Shown here in pieces: positions 1 through 12,030 of a DNA stretch of 64,000 nt. The notes under the pieces are model-generated. The model did not search any database, had not been told where the DNA came from, and saw nothing but the letters and a program-made list of their open reading frames with translations. Positions within the stretch are counted from its first letter, which is position 1; each line of letters opens with the position of its first letter. Source of the DNA: Octopus sinensis (taxonomy: Eukaryota); NCBI RefSeq assembly GCF_006345805.1, contig NC_043023.1, forward strand, positions 21,018,001-21,082,000, read 5' to 3'. The translations under genes and the position numbers were made by a program.

Positions 1-138
1 TATCTTCTTATCTTCTCTCAGCTCTCAATCTCTCTAGGTGCACAGTCGCTTTCTTTCTCTGCTTCTTCTCTGCCCGCTGTCACACTATTGAATTTTGAAC
101 ATAATTAGATAGATAAATAAATAGATAGATTATCCAAC

Positions 139-1047
139 ATGTCCAGAGCCTGGAGACCTGACGAACTGGCGTTGTTCGTACGAGCCTGGAAATGCGCCGA
201 CGGAGAAAACCCAAACAATGTGATTACGGCTGCGCTGAAGAGCGGCAACTACAAAAGGACGGTAGCTCAGATAGAGCGAAAGAAACAGGAATTCAAACGC
301 TCCTATGCGCTTGTACGGTCGCACATTGGCACACTTGATGCCATTTTTGAGAACGAGCAGAGCAAAGATGGCAAGGATAGAGACGATGAAAGAAGTCACC
401 CCCACCTGGTGGACACCCGGGAAGGGGTTTTGAGTGAGAAACCTGACCGGGAAGTGAAACCAAGTACAAATGCTCCTACCGGCAGCAAGGGCCATGGAGA
501 TGGAGAACCCAGGGAAGAAGTAGAGGGAGGAAGAACTAAAAGAAGGACTGAAAGAGCTAAAGGAAAAGCTCAAGCAGGACCAAAGGGTGAAACAGCCAGG
601 AATAGAAGTGGAACCGCAAGTGATGGAAACAAACAGCGCACACGGGTGTGTAGGTTCTACCTGAGAGGTACCTGCTGGCATGGAGAGGAAGGTGCAGGCT
701 GCCGCTTTGCACATTGGGGACCCTGCCGCAGAGACACGAAACGAAAACAGATAAACAAACCATCAACACAAGGAAAAGGGATGGACCACGCACCACCTGC
801 CCCAAAACGGAGGTACGCAGATGTGGTGCGTGCCACAAACCGCCAACATGACGTTGTTGAAAGGGCAGCTGCTGAGCAAGAATCTTTTTTGTGCATGGCA
901 CAATAGATTGTACAGCAGCTGACCTGGCGTCATCAAACCCAAGCTCACAGGTGGGACTACCCACAATATACAAGACCACCACAGCAAACAGACCCAAGAT
1001 GGACACCGCCGGCAACAACATACACCTCACCTCGATGCTCCTACTGA
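139..1047 (+). pseudogene. LINE ORF1: N-terminal Myb/SANT-like domain and C-x7-C-x8-C-x3-H zinc finger (649-714)
   Basis: ORF 139-906 stops at TAG, but the frame stays open to TGA 1045-1047 with a Q/P-rich tail, so 904-906 may be a premature stop. Confidence 0.72.
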
Positions 1048-3955
1048 ACATCAGAGGACTGCAAACACTCAGTAACAGGACAAAAATCCCGTTCCTGAGA
1101 GATTTTGTCGCATGCAATCAAGCCTTATGCATAGCACTTACGGAAACGCACCTGAAACCGGACATAGCAGATGCGGAATTACACATACCACAGTATGTTG
1201 TACTACGGACCGACAGAAAAGAAAGGAGTCATGGAGGAGTTGCTATGTACATCCGTGAGGACCTCACACCCCAGGTCCTTTTGTCATACTCAAACTCGGT
1301 GTGTGACACACTAATTGTACACATAAGGCAACTCGATGTAGTTGTGTGTGCTACATATCGCCCTCCAGATGCCCCAAGCCATGTAGGCAAGTTTGAAGAC
1401 TGCCTTATAAAAATAGAAGTTCTAATCACATTAGAACAACACATAAGTGTACTTCTCATGGGAGACTTCAATCTACCCAATGTCAGATGGCCTGAGGGCC
1501 TTTCTCTTCCAGGAATGACAAGATGTGAACGAGGACAGGCGAGGTCCCTCCTGAACCTCATCAACACCCTGTACATGGAGCAAGTAATACTCCAACCAAC
1601 CAGGGCAGGTAATACACTGGATCTCTGCTTCACAAATGACATGGATCTCATCCATAATGTGAAAGTGACACCGACACTACTCTCGGATCACAACATGGTA
1701 GAGCTGACCATGTACGGGCCAAAAGAGAGCACGGACATGCAGCCTACAAGAAACCCTCAGAATCTTTCCAGCTTGAACTACCATAAGGCAAACTGGAAAC
1801 AAATTGAGAAAGAGATCCTCAAACAAAACTGGCCTAAATGTCTCTCCTCGCCAGACATCGACGTGAAACTTCAACAATTCATGTCAGTAATGCAAGCCAT
1901 ATGCTACAAATGTGTCCCAGAGAGAAAGGCCACTGTACACAAGAACAAAATCCCCAGAGAGAGGAAAATTTTAATGAGACGGCGTACAAAATTTTCAAAT
2001 CGCCTAAACAAACAGATTGAAAGCAGTGAAAAGTCCCGCCTAAAAATAAAACTGTTGGAAATTGAAAAATGTCTGCAACTCTCCCATGAAAAGGAAAGAG
2101 CAGACAAAGAAGCCTGGGCTATAGACAACATAAAATCTAACCCCAGAGCTTTCTACAGGTATGCCAAAGAAACAGCTACGGTGCACTGTAGAATAGGGCC
2201 ACTCCTTGAAAAGGATGGCACACTTACAGGAAAACCAATGAGGGTAAGTGAAATACTGAATGAGCAATTCAAGAGTGTTTTCATTCCACGCCTTGGGCAT
2301 CTCCAAATCACCAATCCAACTGACTTCTTTACCACTGCAGATATAAAATCAGAGGCGGCGACGATAGATTACATCGATATAAAGGAAGACGATGTAATAA
2401 AGGCTATAGATGAAATGAAAACAGACTCAGCTACTGGCCCCGATGGATTCCCGGCAATCCTCCTAAAAGCATGTAAGAGCTTCCTTGCAGCTGGCAAACT
2501 TCCAAGAAAACTGAAGGAAGGTAAAATATGCCCCATTCATAAAGGAGGTAGCAGAGCGGAGGCCAAGAACTACAGACCTATCTCTCTGACCTCACACATC
2601 AGCAAGGTCATGGAACGAATAGTCAGAAGGAAACTGATCACCTTCCTTGAAGAAAATGACTTGCTGCCCGACACCCAACATGGTTTCCGACCAGGGAGAA
2701 GCTGTTTAACTCAGCTCCTACAACACTATGACTGGGTGCTGAAACGGCTGCTCAACCACTCAAATGTGGAAGTGATATATCTCGACTTTGCAAAGGCCTT
2801 TGATAAAGTCAATCATGGAATGATATGTCACAAACTGCGTGATCTCAACATAGTTGGAAAACTGGGAGAATGGCTTCATGACTTTCTGAAAGATAGAAGT
2901 CAGGTGGTAGTAGCCAATGGGGCCACTTCCATTAACACGCAAATAGTGAGCGGTGTTCCACAGGGCACTGTTCTGGGACCACTACTGTTCACAATGGCCC
3001 TCTCAGACATGCCCTCAGCCACACAGAGAGCCACGATCACAAGTTATGCAGATGATACAAAAGTTTCACAGGCAATACAGAACCCTGAGGACACTAAACG
3101 CCTGCAATGTTAGCTGGACAAAATATACAAGTGGGCTGAAAAGAATAGCATGCAGTTCAATGCTGAAAAGTTTCAAGCTTTATACTATCAGCATGCAAAA
3201 CTAAATGCAATACCCAATGAATACACTGGACCCGGAGGAATAGCAATCCCAGAGGCACAATCAGTGCGTGACCTGGGTATTTACATGAGTGATGACGCAA
3301 CCTTTCGTGTACATGTTGCTAAATTGGCAATGAAATGTAGACGACTGGCCGGATGGATTCTCAGAACCTTTAGAACAAGAGAACAAGAAACCATGATGGT
3401 CCTCTGGAGGACATTTGTCCTAAGCCACTTTGACTATTGCTCTCAGTTATGGTCACCATCCAGTGTCAAGTTGATCACAGAGCTCGAGGCGATCCAGCGT
3501 AGCTACACGAAGAAGATAGCCTCTATGCAGAATGTAAGCTACTGGGAAAGACTCAAGAGATTAAAACTATATTCCTTGGAGCGTAGGCGGGAAGATATGC
3601 CATAATATACATCTGGAAGATCCTGGAGGGACGTGTCCCAAACTTTGGCATCGAGAGTTACACAAATGCCAGAACTGGGCGCCACTGCGTGGTGCCTAGG
3701 ACTCCAAATTTGCCATCAAGATGTAGGACAAGATACTGTGATAGCCTGGGCTTCCGAGGCCCACAGCTCTTCAATATCCTCCCGAAGAACCTGAGAGACC
3801 TGCATGGGGTGGATGCAGATGTCTTTAAAATGAAACTGGATCTCTTCCTGTCAGGTGTCCCAGATGAACCAACTTCACGGCAGGAGGTGCAGATGAGGGC
3901 AGCTGCATCGAACTCTCTCATGCACCAAATGGCAGTTGCTAAAAAGCTTTCGTGA
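999..3955 (+). pseudogene. LINE ORF2 (APE-RT), disrupted
   Basis: Likely start ATG 999; in-frame TAG 3111-3113 followed by LDKIYKWAEKNSMQFN in the same frame; 1-nt frameshift near 3590; apparent short deletion near LKACKSFLAAG; ends TGA 3955. Confidence 0.92.
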
Positions 3956-4067
3956 AGTAAAACCAAGTAGCAACACCAAATGGCGTTGCCCCAGCATGGC
4001 CACAGCTCCTGAGCTGAAACTAGAATCAATCATATGTTACGATATAACAATATTTAAGAATATTTTA

Positions 4068-4228
4068 GGCGCAGGAGTGGATGTGTGGTAAGTAGATTGC
4101 TTACCTACTCCATGGCTCCAGGTTCAGTCCGACTGCGTGGCACCTTGGGCAAATGTCTTCTACTACAGCCTCGGGCCGACCAAAGCTTTATGAATGGATT
4201 TGGTAGACGGAAACTGAAAGAAGCTGTC

Positions 4229-4292
<64 letters not shown>

Positions 4293-4434
4293 GAGTGATC
4301 TCAAGATTAATCAGCCGAAATTGCGAGGATGATCCGTTCTTGACTGAAGATTGAAGGCTTCGAATGTCCCGTCCGTGTTTTTTGTATCGTCTTCTAAATG
4401 TTTTGAGTTATTGTCCCAGTTTGTATTTTTTTAC

Positions 4435-4520
<86 letters not shown>

Positions 4521-4562
4521 ATACATGTATATATATATGCATATACATATACATATATATAC

Positions 4563-4612
<50 letters not shown>

Positions 4613-4935
4613 GTTAGTATATGTTGTATATCGGGCCGACCAAAGCCTTGTGAGTGGATTGGTAGACGGAAACTGAAAGAAGCCCGTCGTATATATATGT
4701 ATATATATATATGTTTGTGTGTCTGTATTTGTCCCCCCAACATCGCTTGACAACCGATGCTTGTATGTTTACGTCCCCGTTACTTAGCGGTTCGGCAAAA
4801 GAGACCGATAGAATAAGGACTAGGCTTACAAAGAATAAGTCCTGGGGTCGATTTGCTCGACTAAAGGCGGTGCTCCAGCATGGCCGCAGTCAAATGACTG
4901 AAAAAAGTAGAATAGTGAAAAGAGAGTAAAAGAGT
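4068..4935 (+). mobile_element. SINE-A (tRNA-derived), interrupted and partly duplicated at its internal (TA)n
   Basis: A/B boxes (TGGATGTGTGG, GGTTCAGTCC), core GTGGATTTGGTAGACGGAAACTGAAAGAAG, tail CCAGCATGGCCGCAGTCAAATGACTG. Confidence 0.85.
4291..4435 (+). repeat. Short repeat inside (TA)n, possibly a Penelope-like terminal repeat piece
   Basis: Matches 43905-44010 in reverse; CTGAAGA..GAA motifs. Confidence 0.45.
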
Positions 4936-5139
4936 ACACCATTTAACAGATAATTAGTCAGGCTTAATTATTACAATAATAATTAACACTGTTATTGCCA
5001 ACTTAATCAGTGAAACTTCATCACAGCGGAAAAACTGGAAAGGAAGAGAATGGAAACGGAAAAAGAGAGAGAAAATCGATAAACAAATCGATGCTACATG
5101 TTATGTCTCTGGAACTTTCCGACCGACTAAAAGGTTGAG

Positions 5140-5842
5140 TCAAGCAATTAGCATAGGTGTATGATTTAGTTTGTTTGTTCCTTCTCGAGCCATGCCTGGC
5201 TCATAAGGGCCGGTTTCCCAGTTTCCGTGGCGTATAGGTTCCCCACTTTGACGGGACCCCGGTCCGTCGCAGGTGAGCTTCAAGATGCAGGAGGAAAAAG
5301 TGAGAGAAAGTTGTGGCGAAAGAGTCAGCAGAAGTTTCGCCATTACCTTCTGCCGGAGCCGCGTGGAGTTTAGGTGTTTCGCTCACAAACACACATATCA
5401 TCCGGTCTAAGATTCGAACCCGCGATCCCTCGACCGCGAGTCCGCCGCTCAAACCACTTGGAAGCACTCCGTCGGTTACGACGACGAGGGTTCCCGTTCA
5501 TCCGATCAACGGAACAGCCTGCTCGTGAAATTAACGTGTATGTGGCTGATCACTCCACAGACACGTGTACCCATAACGTAGTTCTCGGGGATATTAAGCG
5601 TGACACAGAGAGTGACAAGGCCGGTCCTTTGAAATACAGGTACAACAGAAACAGGAAGTAAGAGTGAGAGAAAGTTGTGGCGAAAGAGTCAGCAGAAGTT
5701 TCGCCATTACCTTCTGCCTGAGCCGCGTGGAGCTCAGGTGTTTCGCTCATAAAAACATACACATCGCCCGGTCTGAGATTCGAACTTGCGATCCCTCGAC
5801 CGCGAGTCCGCTGCACTAACCACTAGGCCATATGCCTGCACA
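5140..5842 (-). mobile_element. Two adjacent SINE-C copies (tRNA-Arg-like head) with different 3' tails
   Basis: Head TGGCCTAGTGGTTAG...GGACTCGCGGTCG...TTCGAATC on the minus strand; bodies match 19082-19452 and 63696-64000. Confidence 0.8.
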
Positions 5843-5873
5843 CCAACACCGGTTGTCAAGCAGTGATTGGAGA

Positions 5874-5876
<3 letters not shown>

Positions 5877-5960
<84 letters not shown>

Positions 5961-5975
5961 ACACACACACACATA
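5877..5975. repeat. (CA)n microsatellite
   Basis: Direct reading. Confidence 0.95.
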
Positions 5976-6159
5976 TATATACTTTTCTCGCTGGATTAAG
6001 TGTTCATTTTCTCTTTTTGTCTTCTGCAAATTTATTTTTGGATCTTCTGAATATATGAAGAATTTCCTTCCGCCTGGCTGCTTTTCTCTCTACAGAACGG
6101 AAAATTACGTCATGGAATAGTCATTTTAACGAGATTATTTATCACCCGAGATACATCTG

Positions 6160-9100
6160 TTTCTTTACTACCCACAAGGGGACAAACAAGGACAGACAAA
6201 CGGATTAAGTCGATTACATCAACCCACGTGCGTAACTGGTACTTAATTTATCGACCCCGAAAAGATGAAAGTCAAAGTCGACCTCGGCGGAATTTGAACT
6301 CAGAAGGAAAAGACAGATGAAATACCTATTTCTTTACTACCCACAAGGGTCTAAACACAGAGGGGACAAACAAGGACAAACAGATTCAGTCGATTACATT
6401 GACTCCAGTGCGTAACTGGTACTTAATTTATCGACTCCGAAAAAATGAAAGGCAAAGTCGACCTCGAAGTAATTTGAACTCAGAACGTAAAGACATACGA
6501 AAAACCTGTTTCTTTACTACCCACAACGGGCTAAACACAGAGGGGACAAACAAGAACAGACAAATAGATTAAGTCGATTACATTGACCCCAGTGTGTAAC
6601 TGGTACTTAATTTATCGACCCCGAAAGAATGAATGGCAAAGTCTACATCGGAGGAATTTGAACTCAGAACAAAAAGACAGACGAAATAACTGTTTATTTA
6701 CTACCCACAAGGGGCTAAACACAGAGGGAACAAACTTGACCTTGTGGCGAGCTGGCATAACCGTTAGCACGCCGAGCAAAATGCGTAGCCGTATTTCGTC
6801 TGCTGCTACGTTCTGAGTTCAAATTCAACCGCGGTCTACTTTGCCTTTCATCATTTCTGGATCGATACATAATGTACCAGTTATGCACTGGGGTCGATTT
6901 AATCGACTTAATCCGTTTGTCTGTCCTTGATTGTCTTCTCTGTGTTTAGCCCTTCGTGGGTAGTAAAGAAATATGTACTTAATTTATCGACCCCGTAAGG
7001 ATGAAAGGCAAAGTCGACCTCAAAGTAGTTTGAACTCTGAACGTAAAGACAGACGAAATGCCTGTTCCTTTACAACCCACAAGGGGCTAAACACAGAGGG
7101 GAAAAACAACAACAGACAAATAGATTAAGCCGATAACATCGACCCCAGTGCGTAACTGGTACTTGATTCATCGGCCCCGAAAGGATGAATGGCAAAGTCG
7201 ACCTCGGCGGAATTTGAACTCAGAAAGTAAAGACAAACGAAATACCTATTTCTTTACTACCCACAAGGGGATAAACAAGGACAGACAAACAGATTAAGCC
7301 GATTACATCGACCCCAGTGCGTAACTGGTACTTGATTTATCGGCCCCGAAAAGATGAAAGGAAAAGTCGACCTCGGAGGAATTTGAACTCAGAACGTAAA
7401 GACAGACGAAAAACCTGTTTCTTTACTACCCACAAGGGGCTAAATACAGAGGGGACAAACAAGGACAGACAAACAGATTATGCCGATTACATCGACCCCA
7501 GTGCGTAACTGGTACTTAATTTATCGGCCCCGAAAAGATGAAAGGAAAAGTCGACCTCGAAGTAATTTGAACTCAGAACGTACAGACAGATGAAATACGC
7601 ATTTCTTTACTATCCACAAGGGGCTAAACACAGAGGGGACAAATAACGACAGTCAAACGGATTAAGTCGATTACATGGACTCCAGTGCGCAACTGGTACT
7701 AAAGTTATCGGCCCCGAAAGGATGAAAGTCAAATCAACCTCGGAGGAATTTGAACTTAGAACGTAAAGGCAGACGAAATACCTGTTTCTTTACTACCCAC
7801 AAGGGGCTAAACACAGAGGGAATAATCTTGAACTGGCGGTGAGCTGGCAGAACCGTTAGCACGCCGGGCGAAATGCGTTGCCGTATTTCGTCTGCCTTTA
7901 CGTTCTGAGTTCAAATTCCGCCGAGGTCGACTTTGCCTTTCATCCTTTCGGGGTCGATAAATTAAGTACCATTTACGCACTGGGGTCGATTTAATCGGCT
8001 TAATCTGTTTGTCTGTCCTTGTTTGTCTTCTCTGTGTTTAGCCGCTCCTGGGTAGTAAAGAAATAGGTACTTAATTTATCGGCCCCTAAAGGATGAAAGG
8101 CAAAGTCGACCTCGGAGGAATCTGAACTCAGAACGTAAAGACAGACGAAATACCTTTCTTTACTACCCACAAGGGGCTAAACACTGAGGGGACAAATAAG
8201 GACAGACAAACGGATTATGTCGATTACATCGACTCCAGTGCGTGACTGTTACTTAATTTGTCGACTCCGAAAAGATGAAAGGAAAAGTCGATTTCAACGG
8301 AATTTTAACTCAGAACATAAAGACAGACGAAATACCTTTCTTTACTACCCACGAGGGGCTAAACATAGAGGGGACAAACAAGGACAGACAAACAGATCAA
8401 GTTGATTACCTCGACCCCAGTGCGTAACTGGTACTTAATTTATCGGCCCCGAAAAGATGAAAGTCAAAGTCGACCTCGGCAGAATTTGAACTCAGAACGT
8501 AAAGACAGATGAAATACGTATTTCTTTACTATCCACAAGGGACTAAACATAGAGGGGACAAACAAGGACAGACAAACAGATTAAGTCGATTATATCGACC
8601 CCAGTGCGTAACTGCTACTTAATTTATCGTCCCCGAAAAGATGAACGGAAAGTAAACCTCGGCGGAATTTTAACTCAGAACATAAAGACAGACGAAATAC
8701 CTATTTCTTTACTACCCACAAAGGGCTAAACACATAGGGGACTAACAAGAACAGACAAACGGATTAAGTCGATTACATCGACACCAGTGCGTAACTGGTA
8801 CTTAATTTATAGACCCCGAAAGCATGAAAGGCAAAGTCGACCTCGGAGGAATTTGAACTCAGAACGTAAAGACAGATGAAATACCTATTTCTTCACTACC
8901 CACAAGGGGCTAAACACAGAGGGGACAAACAAGGACAGACAAACAGATTAAGTTGATTACATCGACTCCAGTGCGTAACTGGTACTTAATTTATGGGCCC
9001 CGAAAAGATGAAAGGCAAAGTCGACCTCGGCGGTATTTGAACTCAGAACTTAAAGACAGACGGAATACCTATTTCCTAACTACCCACAAGGGGCTAAACA

Positions 9101-9165
9101 CAGAGGGGACAAACAAGGACAGACAAACGGATTATGTCGATTATATCGACCCCAGTGCATAACTG
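6160..9165 (-). mobile_element. Tandem array of about 180-bp headless SINE-B bodies with two inverted full copies (6743-6972, 7833-8067)
   Basis: Unit TTTCTTTACTACCCACAAGGGG...GAACTCAGAACGTAAAGACAGACGAAATACC repeated. Confidence 0.9.
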
Positions 9166-9700
9166 AGAGCAGTTCATGCCAACAAAGTGACACTGGGGTA
9201 AAACATACGAAGCCCAGTATACCCATCATGACTACCCGTCTGATAAGGGTACACCACGCATATGCATCACAACCATATGTGCTCGACATGGTGATCTCAT
9301 ATCAAAATAAACAGCACATGACCTTGCTGGTTGGGCCCAGTTAGAAATTTCTTCAGGTTGAGTAGCCCATCCCGTTCAAAAGGTCCCTGAATAAGGCTTG
9401 TTTAAGGATGTTGAAAGAACCACCCATGTTTCCAGAGGTGAATTATTCAAACCCCAAAGAATCCCTCTCAACACGTGGTTATGATGCTCACCCACTACTT
9501 TTGCTCGTGGAGATGCACATATCGTCAGCCACTGAGGGACATGCTCAACTGGTTAAGATCTAGCAACTGACAAGCAAATCTGTGGTATTGAGCAGAATAT
9601 TTGCTGTAGACCATCTTTTATACCAAGACAAAACAATGTACATGATGACACTTCCAATCAGTTAAGATCAGAAGCCATGAGAGCCACTGCCTGGTACTGC

Positions 9701-9701
<1 letters not shown>
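9165..9701. mobile_element. About 540-bp non-coding interspersed repeat next to (ATT)n, copy 1
   Basis: Co-linear with 14614-15172; followed by (ATT)n 9702-9771. Confidence 0.8.
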
Positions 9702-9750
<49 letters not shown>

Positions 9751-9784
9751 TATTATTATTATTATTATTATTTAAAAAGTTTGA

Positions 9785-10310
9785 TTCGATCCCATAAAGT
9801 TTCGTAGCTTCGTAACAGGAATCTGGCTTGTTGAAGATTGGCGCACCAGAACCAGAATGTATCCAGAATGTTGGTGGAACACCCCAATAGAATCAGAAAG
9901 CCGGATTAAACACAACGGACCCGATATTGTTCTAAGGGACGGAAAATAAGTCAAGCACTTTTGAAGAGATCGTCTGCCCAGTCCTATGTCAATATCTCAT
10001 CGTATTAAAGCGGCGAGCTGGCAGAAACGTTAGCACGCCGGGCGAGATGCCTAGCGGTATTTCGTCTTTACGATCTGAGTTCAAATTCCGCCGAGGTCGA
10101 CTTTGCTTTTCATTCTTTCTCGGTCGATAAATTCAGTACGAGCTGCGTACTAGGGTCGATCTCAACGACTGGTCCCCTCCCCAAAAATTGTGCCTCGAGT
10201 AGAAAAGAATATCTCATCATATATTAAAGAAAAAGAGGGATCTATGGAGAACTGTTTGAAAAAATACAGTTCTGATATACAGGCCATAGATTTTCATTTC
10301 TACCTACTAA
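9785..10310 (+). pseudogene. Degenerate RLE-type LINE C-terminal fragment, split by SINE-B
   Basis: Translates to ECWWNTPIESESRIKHNGPDIVL, like EYWWNIPIKT...PDIVV at 41700-41760. Confidence 0.55.
10009..10207 (+). mobile_element. SINE-B monomer with alternative tail
   Basis: Head GGCGAGCTGGCAGAAACGTTAGCACGCC, B box GAGTTCAAATTCC; imperfect TSD AATATCTCATC..TATTAAAG at 9991 and 10208. Confidence 0.8.
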
Positions 10311-10513
10311 CAGAGATGCACTGGGCTAAGTAAAAACAGATCGACATAAAAACTACATATGCTGGGGTAGATCAGGTACCCTGAGTCCCTTCTGTAGCAA
10401 TCGTTCCAATTATTTAACACGGTTCAATTATTTAATAAAAGAGTAAAAAACACAAGAAGTACCGAAGAGGAAAGTGACGATGAGAAGTCGGGTGGAATGA
10501 AAGAGTAACTTAC

Positions 10514-10736
10514 GGTGGTCTTAAATGAAGATTTTCTGCCTGTGCCGTTGAGTTTCCAGAATCAAGCGTTTCGTTAGAAACCGACAATTCTTCACTCAGT
10601 GTGGGACTTACATTCACTGGCCCATCAGTCGTCTGCTGTCCTTCTGTCAGCCAAAGACCAACACCGAAAACAAATAAGAACAGAACCAAATTCTTCATAG
10701 CTGTTATTTTCTGCTTTTTAGTGCTCCCTCTGTTTA
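10514..10736 (-). CDS. Probable host exon carrying the start codon of a secreted or membrane glycoprotein (ATG at 10698)
   Basis: MKNLVLFLFVFGVGLWLTEG signal-peptide-like; S/T-rich segment with NVS/NET/NST sequons; donor ACC|GTAAGT (phase 2); candidate acceptor TTTTTCGTGTGTCAG| at 10737; not a repeat seen elsewhere in the window. Confidence 0.65.
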
Positions 10737-11139
10737 CTGACACACGAAAAACTTGTATAATCAGAAGGAATAGATTCGACTAAATAACGAACAGGGGATA
10801 AATGTCTAAACTTTTTGTTGGTGTTGCCTTGTCTTTTGATGGTTCTTGAAGCACAAAAATCTTTTAAACAACAGCAGCGGAATTGGGCGCAGAAGAATCC
10901 CGTTGCGAAATCGATCTGGCTCTGTCACACCTCCACCAAGACACTCATATTTATAACAAACCGCCAGCAAAGAGGTGTTTGCGTATCAAATCTGAGAGGT
11001 GGGAAGTAAAACATCAAAGGACCATTGACATCACACGGATCCATTGTCAGGTGAAAGACCGCAGGTGAGAACAGGATGCAAATCAACTGCTCAAACAAGA
11101 TTGTCAACGACTACCATCACAGGTTTATGCATGTGACCA

Positions 11140-11187
<48 letters not shown>

Positions 11188-11364
11188 TGCACCACCGCCA
11201 CCATCACCAAACACACACATATAAATGCATACAAATAAATGTGTTTGTACATGCATCCCTGAGAGAGTTTGTGTGTGTGTGTGAATTAATATGTCGTGCG
11301 TGTCTGTGTGAGCATATATATATATGCTCATATATATATATACATATATATGTACATATATTTC

Positions 11365-12030
11365 CTGAGTCAAAATCAGTGCGTGACCAGGTCATTGACA
11401 TGAGCAATGATACCTCTTTCCAAGTGCATATTACTAAGTTGGTGATAAAATGCAGACGGCTAGCTGGATGGATTCTCTGAACTTTCAGAACTAGAGAGGA
11501 GACACTGATGGTCCTTTGGAAATCTTTCGTCCTCAGCCGCTTGGACTACTACTCCCAACTATGGTCACCATACGATATAAAGCTAACAGCAGAACTCGAA
11601 GCAATTCAGAGAAGCTACACAAAGAAGATCGTCTAAATGCAACATATCAGCTACTGAGAAAGACTGAAAATATTAAAACTCTTCTCCCTAGAGCGAAGGC
11701 GGGAGAGATATGCAGTGATATACATCTGGAAAATGCTGGAGAGTCTTGTCCCAAACTTTGGCGTTCAAAGTTACCCCAACCGCAGAGCTTGGGTTTCAGA
11801 GGACCGCAGCTCTTCAACATTCTCCCTTGATGCCTGAGAGACTTACATGGTGTGGATGTGGGTTTCTTTAAAACTAAACTGGATCTCTTCTTGTCGGGAG
11901 CCCCAGATGAACCTACCTCACGACAGGAGACGCAGATGTGGGCAGCGGCATCGAACTCCCTTGTCGACCAAGTGCCTCGTATCAGAGGTGGATTCACATA
12001 CTAGCGTAGATCGTTCAACGGTGGTGCCAG
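11365..12030 (+). pseudogene. Old 5'-truncated copy of the CR1-group LINE
   Basis: ESKSVRD, KCRRLAGWIL and LGFRGPQLFNILP match 3250-3900. Confidence 0.85.

Larger units (their letters stand above)
139..4032 (+). mobile_element. CR1-group LINE, near full-length, inactivated
   Basis: ORF1 then ORF2 with APE endonuclease (LLLNIRGL, TETHL, GDFN, SDHN), RT (YRPISLTS, QHGFR, DFAKAFDKV, GVPQGTVLGPLLF, YADD) and a CR1-type C-terminus (YWERLKRLKLYSLERRR); short 3' UTR ending ...GCTGAAACTAGAATCAATCA. Confidence 0.92.

Noticed and set aside
130-1117. Antisense ORFs 130-714 and 557-1117
   Set aside because: Shadows of LINE ORF1/ORF2 with no independent motifs
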